Notes under the pieces: generated by a model
The model's input: the letters and a program-made list of their open reading frames with translations, nothing else
Databases searched by the model: none
What the model was told of the DNA's origin: nothing
NCBI GenBank assembly: GCA_033764955.1
Contig: JANRIL010000024.1
Coordinates: 153,621-217,620, forward strand
Direction of reading: 5' to 3'
From: Cyanobacteriota bacterium
GTDB taxonomy: Bacteria > Cyanobacteriota > Cyanobacteriia > Thermostichales > Thermostichaceae
DNA: 64,000 nt
Translations under genes and position numbers: made by a program
Part shown: one piece after another, positions 37,633-47,258 of the stretch
Layout of the letters: every line of letters starts with the position of its first letter
Numbering within the stretch: position 1 is the first letter of the stretch

Positions 37633-37747
37633 AGTGGTAGAAAGTGGTAGGATTTCCGCTTCGTTCCTACCACTCGCCTCTTTTTCGTGTGAGATCCTTA
37701 CCCTGGGCACGTTATAGGCTGCAAAACTTCCTACCAAAATCCTACCA
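37633..37747. repeat. Five CTACCA/TGGTAG repeats (candidate integrase arm-type sites)
   Basis: AGTGGTAG at 37633 and 37643; CCTACCA at 37666, 37730 and 37741. Confidence 0.55.
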
Positions 37748-37826
37748 TTTTTCGACCTAAAGCCCCCGAAAATAACCCAATCTACACCCGCTTATAGAGA
37801 ATGAGCCACCGGATCTCAGATTTCAG

Positions 37827-37857
37827 AAACAATAAAACCCGCTCCAGAAGCAGGTTT
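37827..37857 (-). terminator. Rho-independent terminator downstream of tRNA-Thr
   Basis: Minus strand reads AAACCTGCT-TCTGG-AGCGGGTTT followed by TATTGTTT. Confidence 0.6.
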
Positions 37858-37864
37858 GAGAGGA

Positions 37865-37937
37865 AGCTGATGATCGGACTCGAACCGACGACCTGCTCAT
37901 TACGAGTGAGCTGCTCTACCAACTGAGCTACATCAGC
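37865..37937 (-). tRNA. trnT: tRNA-Thr (CGT)
   Basis: GCTGATG acceptor, GCTC-AGTTGGTA-GAGC D arm, GCTCA-CTCGTAA-TGAGC anticodon arm, GTCGG-TTCGAGT-CCGAT T arm; CCA not encoded. Confidence 0.97.
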
Positions 37938-38055
37938 CTATTGAGTTTGGCGAAACCTATCGTAGCTTTTCCCCTTGAGATTCTACAACTATCCGATTCA
38001 TCCAAGTTTTTTCTCTGAGACCGGGATCCCTATGTCACTCAGACCGACTTCTCCC

Positions 38056-38313
38056 TCAAAAACGGCTACGGATGGTGAACGAGTATTGGCTGCCTGGTTC
38101 TAAGTAGTAGTCTGATTTTTCTAGGAAACGACTGAGGGGTTCGCGGATGAGGGCGCGCCCAACGGATGGCTCTACCCGCAATTCACCCCGCCGAAAACTC
38201 CAGCAAAAGTGCCAAGCCCAGCCGTTCGCACTGACTTCTCCCTCTATAGCTCCCTCTGACCAGGAGTAGCGGGTGACCGAAACATGGGCAATCGTTTGGG
38301 GCAAGCGACTCAT
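38056..38313 (-). CDS. DUF3146 family protein
   Basis: LP.T.AHV.VTR.SW..G.IEGEV.A..W.W.F.W.F..GEL.VEPS.GRALI.EPL.RFLEK.DY.LEPG. Confidence 0.85.
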   Translation of the reverse strand: MSRLPQTIAHVSVTRYSWSEGAIEGEVSANGWAWHFCWSFRRGELRVEPSVGRALIREPLSRFLEKSDYYLEPGSQYSFTIRSRF

Positions 38314-38374
38314 GGTAGGCTGCAATTTTTATCCCATAATGATAGAGCAGAGTCTTGTCGGAGTTGTCATTTTC

Positions 38375-38578
38375 ATGAGTACCCCTTCGATTCTTCCTGG
38401 TATGGCCGTCAAAGTGACCAATCCTGATGATATTTACTTTCAATTTGAGGGGCAAGTGCAGCGGGTGGCCGATAACTATGCGGCGGTTTTGTTTGAGGGG
38501 GGAAACTGGGACAAACTGGTGAGCTTCCGTTTCCAAGAACTAGCGGTGGTGGATAAAGCCAAAGTAAAAGGTAAATAG
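38375..38578 (+). CDS. ndhS: NDH-1 complex subunit NdhS
   Basis: ILPG..V.V.NP..IY..F.G.VQRV....[15 protein letters not shown]. Confidence 0.92.
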   Translation: MSTPSILPGMAVKVTNPDDIYFQFEGQVQRVADNYAAVLFEGGNWDKLVSFRFQELAVVDKAKVKGK

Positions 38579-38741
38579 GCAGGAATATCTCCCTGGCTGA
38601 CCGGGATCCCCCCTAGTCGTTTGTCTAGCTTGGGATCCCCTCGATAGGCTGATGAAACGGGAGGCAGGTCTGGCGGATGCTGAGGATAAGCCGATCGTGA
38701 AGCGATCGTGGCTAGAGAATTCTCTCCGCAAGGCAGACTTT

Positions 38742-39683
38742 ATGACATCATCAGAACGTACAGAATCGCTATTTTCCCAACCCTGGCTGGGGTTATCCGA
38801 TCATTTGCGGGAGGTCATTAAAACCGCTGGCTCCAGCGTGGTGGCGGTTATGGGGCGGCGTCATTATGCTTCCAGTGGGCTGTATTGGCAGGACGGTATC
38901 ATTGTGACCGCTAGCCATACCCTGGAGCGGGAGGAAGAAATTGCGGTACAGGGGGCTGATCTGCGTTCCCAAGAGGCCGTCTTGATCGGACGGGATCCCA
39001 CCACCGACTTGGCTATATTGCGAGTAGAGTCTACCGATTGGCCTCGCTTGCCACGGGCGGAAGACCCTCAGGTGGGGGAGTTAGTGCTAGCGGTGGCGCG
39101 TTCTCCCGAAATGGGGGTGAATGCCAGTTTGGGCATGATGAGCGCTGTGGCTGGCAGTTGGCATACCCGCCGAGGTGGGCAGGTGGATCAATGGTTGCGG
39201 CCTGATCTGCGGTTTTATAGCGGATTTTCTGGGGGCGCTTTGCTGGATTGGCAAGGGAAGTTGCTGGGAATGAATACGGCTGGGTTATTCCGCCGGCTGG
39301 AGGTCACCCTGCCCGTAACTACCCTCGAACGGGTCGTGACCCAACTCCTGGAAAAAGGGCATATTGTGCGGGGCTATCTGGGTGTGGGGATGCAGGCGGT
39401 GCGCTTGCCTACGGGTTTGGTGAGTGGGCTAAATTTGCCCAGTAGTGGCGGGGTGATCATCGTTAGCTTAGAAACGGCTGGCCCTGCCGATCAAGCCGGG
39501 ATCCTGATTGGGGATGTGATGGTGAGTTTTGCGGGCATCCCTGTGGCGGATAGCTATGAGGTGGTCAGCCTACTCACAGCGGAGCGAGTGGGACACCATA
39601 TACCGATGCAGGTGGTGCGAGGGGGATCCCTGATCAACCTGGCCGTAACAGTGGCGGAACGACCCCGCCACGCCGATAGCTAA
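38742..39683 (+). CDS. S1C (HtrA-like) serine protease with PDZ domain
   Basis: TASH, GRDPTTDLA, GFSGG.L, RGYLGV, PADQAGI..GD. Confidence 0.88.
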   Translation: MTSSERTESLFSQPWLGLSDHLREVIKTAGSSVVAVMGRRHYASSGLYWQDGIIVTASHTLEREEEIAVQGADLRSQEAVLIGRDPTTDLAILRVESTDWPRLPRAEDPQVGELVLAVARSPEMGVNASLGMMSAVAGSWHTRRGGQVDQWLRPDLRFYSGFSGGALLDWQGKLLGMNTAGLFRRLEVTLPVTTLERVVTQLLEKGHIVRGYLGVGMQAVRLPTGLVSGLNLPSSGGVIIVSLETAGPADQAGILIGDVMVSFAGIPVADSYEVVSLLTAERVGHHIPMQVVRGGSLINLAVTVAERPRHADS

Positions 39684-39705
39684 GTTACCCCGCAGCCAAC
39701 CAACG

Positions 39706-40374
39706 ATGGCAATCAAGCGGGTCATGGTGGGGGCTTCCACAGGGGTGGGGCGGGCGGGCTTAGTGGCTCTCATCAGTGGCCATCCCCACCTAGAGGTGAT
39801 TGGCAGTCAGGTGATAGGCCGGACGGATCCTTCTCCTCCGTTTTGGCAACAGGTGGCCGAACAGCAGCCGGAGTTGGTGGTGTTGGATGTAGATACGGCA
39901 GGGTGGCGGGCTTGGCTGACTTGGCTAGAGGTCGGATCGATGGAGGTGAATTGGTTGCTGTTGACGGAGGAGTTGCTGCCTGAGGAGGTGAGTGATGGGG
40001 TGGCTTGGGGGCTACGCGGCCACTTACCACGGGATATTAGTGGGGAGGAGTTGGTGGCCGCCTGTTTGGCCGCGGCTCAGGGCTTGTGGGTGATGCTGCC
40101 AGAAATGGTAGAGGGGTGGTTAACCGCTCGCTCCCTACTACCCACTCGTCAAGCTAGTTTTGCCGAGGAGGGATCCCCACCCCTGACGGCACGGGAAATG
40201 GAAGTGTTGAGTATGCTGGCGGAAGGATTGGGGAACAAAACCATCGCTAAGCAACTACACATCTCAGAACATACCGTTAAATTTCATGTTGGATCGATTT
40301 TGAGCAAATTATCGGCCAGCAGCCGCACCGAAGCCGTGACTCTAGGGGTGAAACAGGGCTTGATCATGCTTTGA
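39706..40374 (+). CDS. LuxR/NarL-family response regulator
   Basis: LTAREMEVL..LAEG..NK.IA..L.ISEHTVKFHV..I..KL...SRTEAV. Confidence 0.9.
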   Translation: MAIKRVMVGASTGVGRAGLVALISGHPHLEVIGSQVIGRTDPSPPFWQQVAEQQPELVVLDVDTAGWRAWLTWLEVGSMEVNWLLLTEELLPEEVSDGVAWGLRGHLPRDISGEELVAACLAAAQGLWVMLPEMVEGWLTARSLLPTRQASFAEEGSPPLTAREMEVLSMLAEGLGNKTIAKQLHISEHTVKFHVGSILSKLSASSRTEAVTLGVKQGLIML

Positions 40375-40924
40375 GGCGACGTTGCACCTGTGCCCATACC
40401 CACTCACTAATTTGTTGGGGGGAGGCGGCTTCCGTAATTTGCACATGCACATCCGCCTGAGCATAGAAGGGCTGTCGTTGTTGCATAAGTTGTTGCAGAG
40501 TAGCCAAGGGATCCGCCGTTTGCAAGAGGGGTCGTCCCTGCGGATCCGATTGTAGACGCAGCCACAGTTGATCTAAAGCCACATCCAGCCAAATCACAAT
40601 ACCGTGATGCAGATAGCTCCAATTTTGTGGTCGTTGGACGATGCCGCCCCCCGTGGCTACCACCAGCCGCCCAAAGGCCGCCAGTTCTGCTAACACCTGG
40701 GTTTCCATCTCTCGAAAGACGGCCTCTCCCTGGCGGGCAAATAGGCTAGGGATCCCCTCGCCGGTGAGTTGTTCGATCACCCGATCCGTATCAAAAAACT
40801 GGTAGCCCAGCTTCTCCGCCAGCAACGCACCGACGGTTGTTTTGCCGGATCCCATCATCCCCACCAGGTAGAGATTGGCTCCTTTGAGAGGGATCCCCAG
40901 TTGCTGCCTTGCCGTTACATCCAT
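40364..40924 (-). CDS. aroK: Shikimate kinase
   Basis: NLYLVGMMGSGKTTVG, FFDTD, GE..FR..E, VATGGG, RPLL. Confidence 0.93.
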   Translation of the reverse strand: MDVTARQQLGIPLKGANLYLVGMMGSGKTTVGALLAEKLGYQFFDTDRVIEQLTGEGIPSLFARQGEAVFREMETQVLAELAAFGRLVVATGGGIVQRPQNWSYLHHGIVIWLDVALDQLWLRLQSDPQGRPLLQTADPLATLQQLMQQRQPFYAQADVHVQITEAASPQQISEWVWAQVQRRLKA

Positions 40925-40999
40925 CCGGAAAACATCATGAACAACATGGACGAGTGTTGAGAATTACTTTTCTAGGCTACCGACAGCAGAGAACCCACC

Positions 41000-41443
41000 T
41001 CAGGATTGATTTGCCCTAGGAGGCTGATCTGCCAGTAGGCAGCGCCGTAGCGGATGTTGATGGGGCAATTGCAGCAGCCAGCGCGTCTGCATTTCCAACA
41101 AATCCCGCTCTGACTTGAGCAAACCGATCAATTGATAGCGGCTTTCAGAAATCATCACCGTTAACGAATAAGCCAGACAAAACAGCAGCCCAACATTGGG
41201 AAGACGGGGTTCATAAAATAGGGAATATCGCAAGCCTGCCCAGGTGAAATATTCCCACAGCCGCCCTATTTCTACCCGCAAGCCCCACAAACTAGGAATC
41301 CCGATCCCCAACCAGACCACCCCTAGACTCCAGAGGGATAACTTCTGATAAAACGCCAGTAGTTTTTCAGCGTCACGGGAAAGGGAGTGCATGGTGGGCT
41401 TATCCTGCCGAGTCAGCATCGGGGGCAGGGGAATCGACGGCAT
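41000..41443 (-). CDS. Hypothetical membrane protein
   Basis: SLW.LR.EI.....YFTWA.LRY motif and two TM segments; start uncertain. Confidence 0.6.
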   Translation of the reverse strand: MPSIPLPPMLTRQDKPTMHSLSRDAEKLLAFYQKLSLWSLGVVWLGIGIPSLWGLRVEIGRLWEYFTWAGLRYSLFYEPRLPNVGLLFCLAYSLTVMISESRYQLIGLLKSERDLLEMQTRWLLQLPHQHPLRRCLLADQPPRANQS

Positions 41444-42422
41444 CGGTCTCCGCCGCCAAGCTAGAGACCAGAAGGGGGGGCTGCCGCTGCCGCCACCAGA
41501 CTAACATCGGGCTAGCAATAAAGATACTGGAGTAAACCCCCAACCCAAACCCCACTAACAGGGCGATGGCAAAACCCTTGAGGGTGGATCCCCCCAAGAG
41601 AACGATAGCGATCAAGGGCAGCATGGTGGTCAAGGTGGTATTGATGGAGCGAGCAAAGGTTTGGTTGAGGGACAGGTTGACCACATCAGCAAACTTGACC
41701 TTACGGCTAATCAGGCGATAGTTTTCACGGATGCGGTCGTAGATCACCACCGTATCATTCACCGAAAAACCAATGATGGTCAGCAACGCCACCATAAAGA
41801 GGCTGTCCACCTCCATGCCGACGGTGAGACCCAACAAGGCAAACAGGCCAATCGTCAAGACAACATCGTGCAGCAGAGCCAGAATCGCAAAAACGGCATA
41901 ATCGACCTGAAAACGAACGGTCAAATAGACCACTATCAAGCCAAAGGAGAGCAACACCGCCACAATACCTGTGTTCAAAAGGCTGCGCCCCACGGTTGGC
42001 CCGACGGTTTCCACCCGTTGCCGCTCAAAGGATCCGACCTCAGTTTTCAGGGTAGCTTCGGCAGCTAGTCGGGCGCTTTCCGAAAGGGGGGGGGTACGGA
42101 TGAGAGCGGTTTGTGAGGTGGTGGTATCGAGTTGAATGACACTGCCCCCCAGATCGTGCTGGGCAAGCGCCTGCCGAATTTCTTGGCTAGTGACGGCCTC
42201 TTCAAAGCGTAGCTCCAAGAGGGTGCCCCCGGAAAAATCTAAGCCCAAGCGCAGGGGGGTGCCATAGGAGGCTAAAGAAAAGGCCATGCTGATCAGCCCG
42301 ATCATCAATACGCCTAAGGAGAGGGAAAACCAAAGGCGACTGCGTCCAATCACATCGAATCCCGGCGGCGGTTCAGCCCCGATCCCAGGGTGTTGAGGAG
42401 TAGTCATTGCGGTTGTCTTCAT
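41400..42422 (-). CDS. secF: Protein translocase subunit SecF
   Basis: GLDFSGGT, VGPTVG, LHDV, GFSVNDTVVIYDRIRE, RSINT, YSSIFIA; ATGA overlap with secD. Confidence 0.93.
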   Translation of the reverse strand: MKTTAMTTPQHPGIGAEPPPGFDVIGRSRLWFSLSLGVLMIGLISMAFSLASYGTPLRLGLDFSGGTLLELRFEEAVTSQEIRQALAQHDLGGSVIQLDTTTSQTALIRTPPLSESARLAAEATLKTEVGSFERQRVETVGPTVGRSLLNTGIVAVLLSFGLIVVYLTVRFQVDYAVFAILALLHDVVLTIGLFALLGLTVGMEVDSLFMVALLTIIGFSVNDTVVIYDRIRENYRLISRKVKFADVVNLSLNQTFARSINTTLTTMLPLIAIVLLGGSTLKGFAIALLVGFGLGVYSSIFIASPMLVWWRQRQPPLLVSSLAAETDAVDSPAPDADSAG

Positions 42423-43720
42423 GATTGGGAAACTCCATACAAGGCGGGGCGGCGGAGTGCCGGGATCCCGATCACCAAAAAGAGGAAGGTGCGGGTGCAG
42501 GTCAGTGCCGTGAAAAAGCTGACCAGAATACCAATCGCCAAGGTGAGGGCAAAACCCTTGATCAAACCTGCCCCCAGCCAAAATAAGACACCACAGACCA
42601 GCAGAGTGGTGACATTGCTGTCGAGAATGCTGCTGAAGGCACGGTCAAATCCTTCGTCAATCGACTTGTAGAGGGACTTGCCCGCCCGTAACTCTTCGCG
42701 GATCCGCTCAAAAATCAGCACGTTGGCATCCACCGCCATGCCGATGCTCAAAATAAACCCGGCAATCGCGGGCAACGTCATGGTCACACCAAACAACTTG
42801 AAGGCGGCAAAGGTACAAACGGCATAGATGGCCAGGGCAACATCCGCAATCGTGCCTGGTAATTTGTAGTAGATGACCATGAATAAAAAGACCAAGACAA
42901 TGCCACCAATGCCAGCATAAAGACTGCTGCGGATACTTTCTGCCCCCAGGGTGGCTCCCACCGTGCGGTTTTCAATTACCTGGACGGGAACGGGCAAAGC
43001 TCCGGCTTTGAGTTTGATGGCGAGATCGGTAGCACTCTCCACATCAAAGGTACCCGTGATCACCGCGCTGCCCCCTGTGATACCGGTGCGAGCAAACTCC
43101 GCCCCCACTACGGGCGCACTAATCAACTGGGTATCCAGAAAAATGCCGATGGAGCGTCCGGTGCCTGCCAATTCTTTGGTGAGTTGGGTAAACTTCTCGC
43201 CCCCTTCCGGCTTAAACTCAATCACCACCTGCCAGGTACCCACCCCTCGCTGGGGAGCCTGCGGATAGGCGTTTTGCAGGAGATCTCCAGTCAAGCCTAC
43301 CTTTTCAAAGATTTGATCGGGATTCTCTCCTGCTGTCACCTGCCCTGAGGGATCCCGTGGGATCTCAGTGGCAATGCGTTGTTTGCGAAAATCTAATTGG
43401 GCGGTGTCCCCCAAGATGGCGACGGCTCGGTCGGGATCCGCCACACCCGGAAGCTGCACAAACAGTTGATCCTGCCCACTGATTTGCACCAAGGGTTCCG
43501 TCACCCCCAGACCATCAATCCGTTGCCGGATCACCGCCTGTACTCCCGCCATAATGTCGGGGGTAATTTCGGGAACATCCGTGGTGGGGGAAGCTTGCAG
43601 GGTGAGCTGCGTCCCCCCTTGCAGGTCAAGACCAAGGCGAGTGGGCTGTGCCCAAATCCAGTAGATGGCAGCTACCACGACAGCCACGATAAGAAGGAGG
43701 GCACCGGCTTGTTTATTCAT
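42419..43720 (-). CDS. secD: Protein translocase subunit SecD
   Basis: LGLDLQGG, RIDGLGVTEP, GALPVP, GMAVDANVLIFERIREE, DSNVTT. Confidence 0.95.
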   Translation of the reverse strand: MNKQAGALLLIVAVVVAAIYWIWAQPTRLGLDLQGGTQLTLQASPTTDVPEITPDIMAGVQAVIRQRIDGLGVTEPLVQISGQDQLFVQLPGVADPDRAVAILGDTAQLDFRKQRIATEIPRDPSGQVTAGENPDQIFEKVGLTGDLLQNAYPQAPQRGVGTWQVVIEFKPEGGEKFTQLTKELAGTGRSIGIFLDTQLISAPVVGAEFARTGITGGSAVITGTFDVESATDLAIKLKAGALPVPVQVIENRTVGATLGAESIRSSLYAGIGGIVLVFLFMVIYYKLPGTIADVALAIYAVCTFAAFKLFGVTMTLPAIAGFILSIGMAVDANVLIFERIREELRAGKSLYKSIDEGFDRAFSSILDSNVTTLLVCGVLFWLGAGLIKGFALTLAIGILVSFFTALTCTRTFLFLVIGIPALRRPALYGVSQS

Positions 43721-43852
43721 GAAGGCCAGATAAGGAATGCAGAAAGGAATGGAGTAATCAACAAACAGGAACTATAACCGTAACCCGGAAAGACAGGCCA
43801 CAGACTTTGATCCTATCGCATCTGTACAGCCCAAGAACCCGCTGGCCTCTGC

Positions 43853-45178
43853 CTAGCCCACCTCCGCCAATCGACTGGGTTGGGGCTGGGATCCCAACAC
43901 TCGAAAGCCGATGTCGGGACGGAAATAAGCTCCCTCAAACTGAATATGCGCTACGGCTCGATAGGCTTGTTGTAAAGCTGCTGCCAGTGAGTCTCCACAA
44001 CCCGTGATACACAAAACCCTCCCCCCATCCGTGACGATGGTCGGGGATCCCCCTTTGGCAGGGGTGAGCAAGCGCGTTCCTGCATGAAAGACCAGGGCTT
44101 CCTGGGTGGCGGCTGCCAGTCCACTGATCGGTTTGCCCCGTTCGTAGTGGTCGGGATAACCGGCGGAGGCCATCACCACACAGGCGGCGGTTTGTGACCA
44201 CCATTCCAGGGTGATTTCCGCCAAACGTCCCTCCAGACAAGCCTGCATAATCGCTAAAAGAGGGGTTTTGAGCAGGGGCAGCAACACCTGGGTTTCGGGA
44301 TCCCCAAAGCGGCAATTATATTCGAGGACATAGGGATCCCCGGAGGGGCTAATCATCAATCCGGCATAGAGGATCCCCTGATAGAGAATGCCTTTTTGCC
44401 GTAGGGCGCTGAGGGTGGGTAACAGGATCTCGGTTTGGATGCGCTGCATCAGAACAGGGGTGACAATCCCATCCACCGGACAATAGGCACCCATCCCCCC
44501 CGTATTGGGACCGGTATCCCCGACCCCAATGGGTTTGTGATCTTGGGCTGCCAGCAGGGGCAAACAGGTCTGGCCATCGGTAAAGGCTAGGACAGAAACC
44601 TCTTGTCCCCGTAAAAATTGCTCAATCACCAGGGTCTTTCCCGCTTCTTGTAGGGATCCCCCCAGGAAACTTTGAATGGCCTCGGCGGCTTGTCCATAAC
44701 TTTGCGCCACGATCACCCCCTTGCCGGCGGCGAGTCCATCCGCCTTGACAACAATGGGTAAGGGCTGTTGATAGACATAGGCTAAAGCGGCTTCCCGCTC
44801 GGTAAAGATGGCAGCCTCGGCGGTGGCAATCCCCGCCTGCCGCAGGAGATCTTTAGTCCAGGCTTTACTACCCTCTAACTGAGCTGCCGCTTGACTGGGG
44901 CCAAACAAAGCCAGCCCCGCCGCTGCAAAAGTATCGCGGATCCCTTCCACCAACGGCACTTCGGATCCCACCACAGTTAGGCCAATCCCCTGCACTGTGG
45001 CAAAGCGCAGCAATCCTTCAATATCGTTGGCGGCTAGAGGAACCGTCTGACACTTCGGAACCAGCCGGATCCCGGCGTTACCAGGCGCACAATAAATCTG
45101 AGTGATCTCGGTAGACTGAGCGAGTTTCCAGGCTAGGGCGTGTTCTCGTCCTCCAGAGCCGACAATCAAAACTTGCAT
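43853..45178 (-). CDS. purD: Phosphoribosylamine--glycine ligase
   Basis: GSGGREHALAW, KADGLAAGKGV, QDHK..GDTGPNTGGMGAY, EYNCRFGDPE. Confidence 0.96.
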   Translation of the reverse strand: MQVLIVGSGGREHALAWKLAQSTEITQIYCAPGNAGIRLVPKCQTVPLAANDIEGLLRFATVQGIGLTVVGSEVPLVEGIRDTFAAAGLALFGPSQAAAQLEGSKAWTKDLLRQAGIATAEAAIFTEREAALAYVYQQPLPIVVKADGLAAGKGVIVAQSYGQAAEAIQSFLGGSLQEAGKTLVIEQFLRGQEVSVLAFTDGQTCLPLLAAQDHKPIGVGDTGPNTGGMGAYCPVDGIVTPVLMQRIQTEILLPTLSALRQKGILYQGILYAGLMISPSGDPYVLEYNCRFGDPETQVLLPLLKTPLLAIMQACLEGRLAEITLEWWSQTAACVVMASAGYPDHYERGKPISGLAAATQEALVFHAGTRLLTPAKGGSPTIVTDGGRVLCITGCGDSLAAALQQAYRAVAHIQFEGAYFRPDIGFRVLGSQPQPSRLAEVG

Positions 45179-45683
45179 AGGGTGAATGGGACTGAAGGGT
45201 CATGGCACATCATCGCACGGATAGCCAACCCATACCCAATGTTCGAATGGCCAATAGTCAGCGGATTCGCTACCCCATTCCCTTAGAATCGAATCTGTGG
45301 GATCCCACCCTATTGCGACGATCAATCATTGATATTCAGATGGCTTAGCACCCCTGGCTCAGTCTAATTTTTTAGGATTCAGCCTCAAATATCTCAACGG
45401 GGAAAATACTTTTATAAATTAAGCCAATAAAGCGATAAAAATATACTTGACAGAGTTTTTTTGAATGTTTTTTGTGAATGGCAATCGTATCAGAGTCCAA
45501 CCGCCCATTTTGAAAAAAATTTAGCCGGAAGTCAGCGAATTTGTTTTGCATAGATTGGCTCTCTCTTTAGGCTCCAATAGCTAACTTTAATAAAAGACCA
45601 TCGACAGCGAGATCAAAATCTAATGAATTTGGTTTAGGATAGAGTACATTAAGCTCCCCTTAGTATGTGGCTTCCCTCACTCT

Positions 45684-46349
45684 ATGGATAAATTCTCCGC
45701 TCAGCTTGCGGCTTTTCTGGCTAGTGATGATTCTACCCATTCACCAGATAGGGATCCGTCCGCTCCCGATTCTGCGGAGGAGATCACCTTGGCTCAACTT
45801 CTGGAGCTGAGTGAGCAGCGGGTGTTTGGGGTGCTGTTTGTGGTTTTGTCCTTGCCGATGGCCTTGCCGATTCCCCACATGGGCTTGTCCTTTCCTTTTT
45901 CGCTGGCGCTCACATGGCTGGCAGGGCAATGGATGCTCGGATCCTCCTTCCCTTGGATCCCGCAACGTCTGCTGCGTTTTTCGGTAAAACGGCGGCAGGC
46001 TCAGCACTTCTTGCAGATGGGGATCCCGTGGTTGCAACGGCTGGAGTCCTTTACGCAGCCTCGCTACCCTTGGTTTTGTGAACATCCGCTTGCCCGTTTT
46101 CTGTTGGGGGGAGCAATCATTTTAAGCGCGGTTTTGATGGCTTTACCCGTACCGGGCACTCATTTATTACCCGCCATCGGTATTTTGATTACAGGCATTG
46201 GGGTTTTACAAAAAGATGGCGTGGTCAGCTTAATGGGTCTAGGGTTTTGTGGAGTAGCCAGCGCCATTTCAGCGTTGGTTCTGAGAGCAATTGTGGCGGG
46301 GGGATCCTTCCTGTTTCAGCATTCACCCATCCTACAGTTTTGGCATTAA
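45684..46349 (+). CDS. exoD: ExoD-family exopolysaccharide synthesis membrane protein
   Basis: FG.L..VLSLP.ALPIP, PWIP.RL, E..T.PR, LPVPGT..LP, DG. Confidence 0.82.
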   Translation: MDKFSAQLAAFLASDDSTHSPDRDPSAPDSAEEITLAQLLELSEQRVFGVLFVVLSLPMALPIPHMGLSFPFSLALTWLAGQWMLGSSFPWIPQRLLRFSVKRRQAQHFLQMGIPWLQRLESFTQPRYPWFCEHPLARFLLGGAIILSAVLMALPVPGTHLLPAIGILITGIGVLQKDGVVSLMGLGFCGVASAISALVLRAIVAGGSFLFQHSPILQFWH

Positions 46350-46376
46350 ATACTCGACACTAAACACTCGCTAGTC

Positions 46377-47216
46377 ATGGCTTCCTCTGTTGTTTTAATT
46401 TCGGGTTGTTCTAGTGGATTTGGACTGCTCAGTGCTGTTCATTTGGCAGTGTTGGGTCACCGAGTTTTCGCGACTCTTCGCAATCTAGACAAGCAAGAAA
46501 ATCTCCAAGCAGCTTTGGCTGAGAAACAGGTTTCGGCTGATATTTTGCAACTAGATGTTACCGATGATCACTCGATTCAAGGGGCGGTTGCCCATCTTCA
46601 AGAACAAGTTGGCTATTTGGATGTGTTGATTAACAACGCAGGGTTTGCCTTGGGAGGAGCATTTGAAGATGTGAGTGAAGCGCAAATCCGCACTCAGATG
46701 GAAACTAACTTTTTTGGTGTGCTAAAGCTAACTCGCGCTTGCCTCCCTCTGCTACGGAAATCAGCGGCGGGCAAAATTATTAACATCTCTAGTTTTGCCG
46801 GAGTGAGTGGGATCCCTGGCATCAGTTTGTATAGCGCCAGTAAATTTGCTTTGGAAGGATTTTCGGAGGCGCTCAGCTATGAACTGGCATCCTTCGGCAT
46901 TTCCGTCAGTCTCATTGAGCCAGGATCCTACCCCACTCTAGTCCAGTCCAATCGCTTGATGGCCGAAAATTTTGATAATCCTGAGAGTCCCTACTATGAG
47001 CAGTCTCAAACCATGCTCAAAGCAAATGATCAGAGGGTTGGACGACGTCAATCGGATCCTCAGGAGGTCATTAACGTAATCGCCGAGGTGGTACATACGG
47101 CAAAACCACGGCTGCGCTATTTGGTGGGAAGGGATGCCAAGGTAGGAGCATTTTTAAGGCGGATGCTTCCTTTTCGCCTTTATAGCCGGATCCTGCGGCG
47201 GGCTTTGTTGCGTTAG
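46377..47216 (+). CDS. Short-chain dehydrogenase/reductase
   Basis: SGCSSGFG, LDVT, NNAG, YSASK. Confidence 0.92.
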   Translation: MASSVVLISGCSSGFGLLSAVHLAVLGHRVFATLRNLDKQENLQAALAEKQVSADILQLDVTDDHSIQGAVAHLQEQVGYLDVLINNAGFALGGAFEDVSEAQIRTQMETNFFGVLKLTRACLPLLRKSAAGKIINISSFAGVSGIPGISLYSASKFALEGFSEALSYELASFGISVSLIEPGSYPTLVQSNRLMAENFDNPESPYYEQSQTMLKANDQRVGRRQSDPQEVINVIAEVVHTAKPRLRYLVGRDAKVGAFLRRMLPFRLYSRILRRALLR

Positions 47217-47258
47217 ATCAAGAGACGGGAAAAGATTGGTTCAGTTTTCCGGAGCAAT

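Larger units (their letters stand above)
27329..37864. mobile_element. Decayed integrative element (prophage/satellite-like) at the tRNA-Thr 3' end
   Basis: Tyrosine integrase next to the tRNA 3' end, PolB, XRE-ImmA, mazEF, endolysin and defence cargo; left boundary inferred from IS1, att duplicate not found. Confidence 0.75.
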
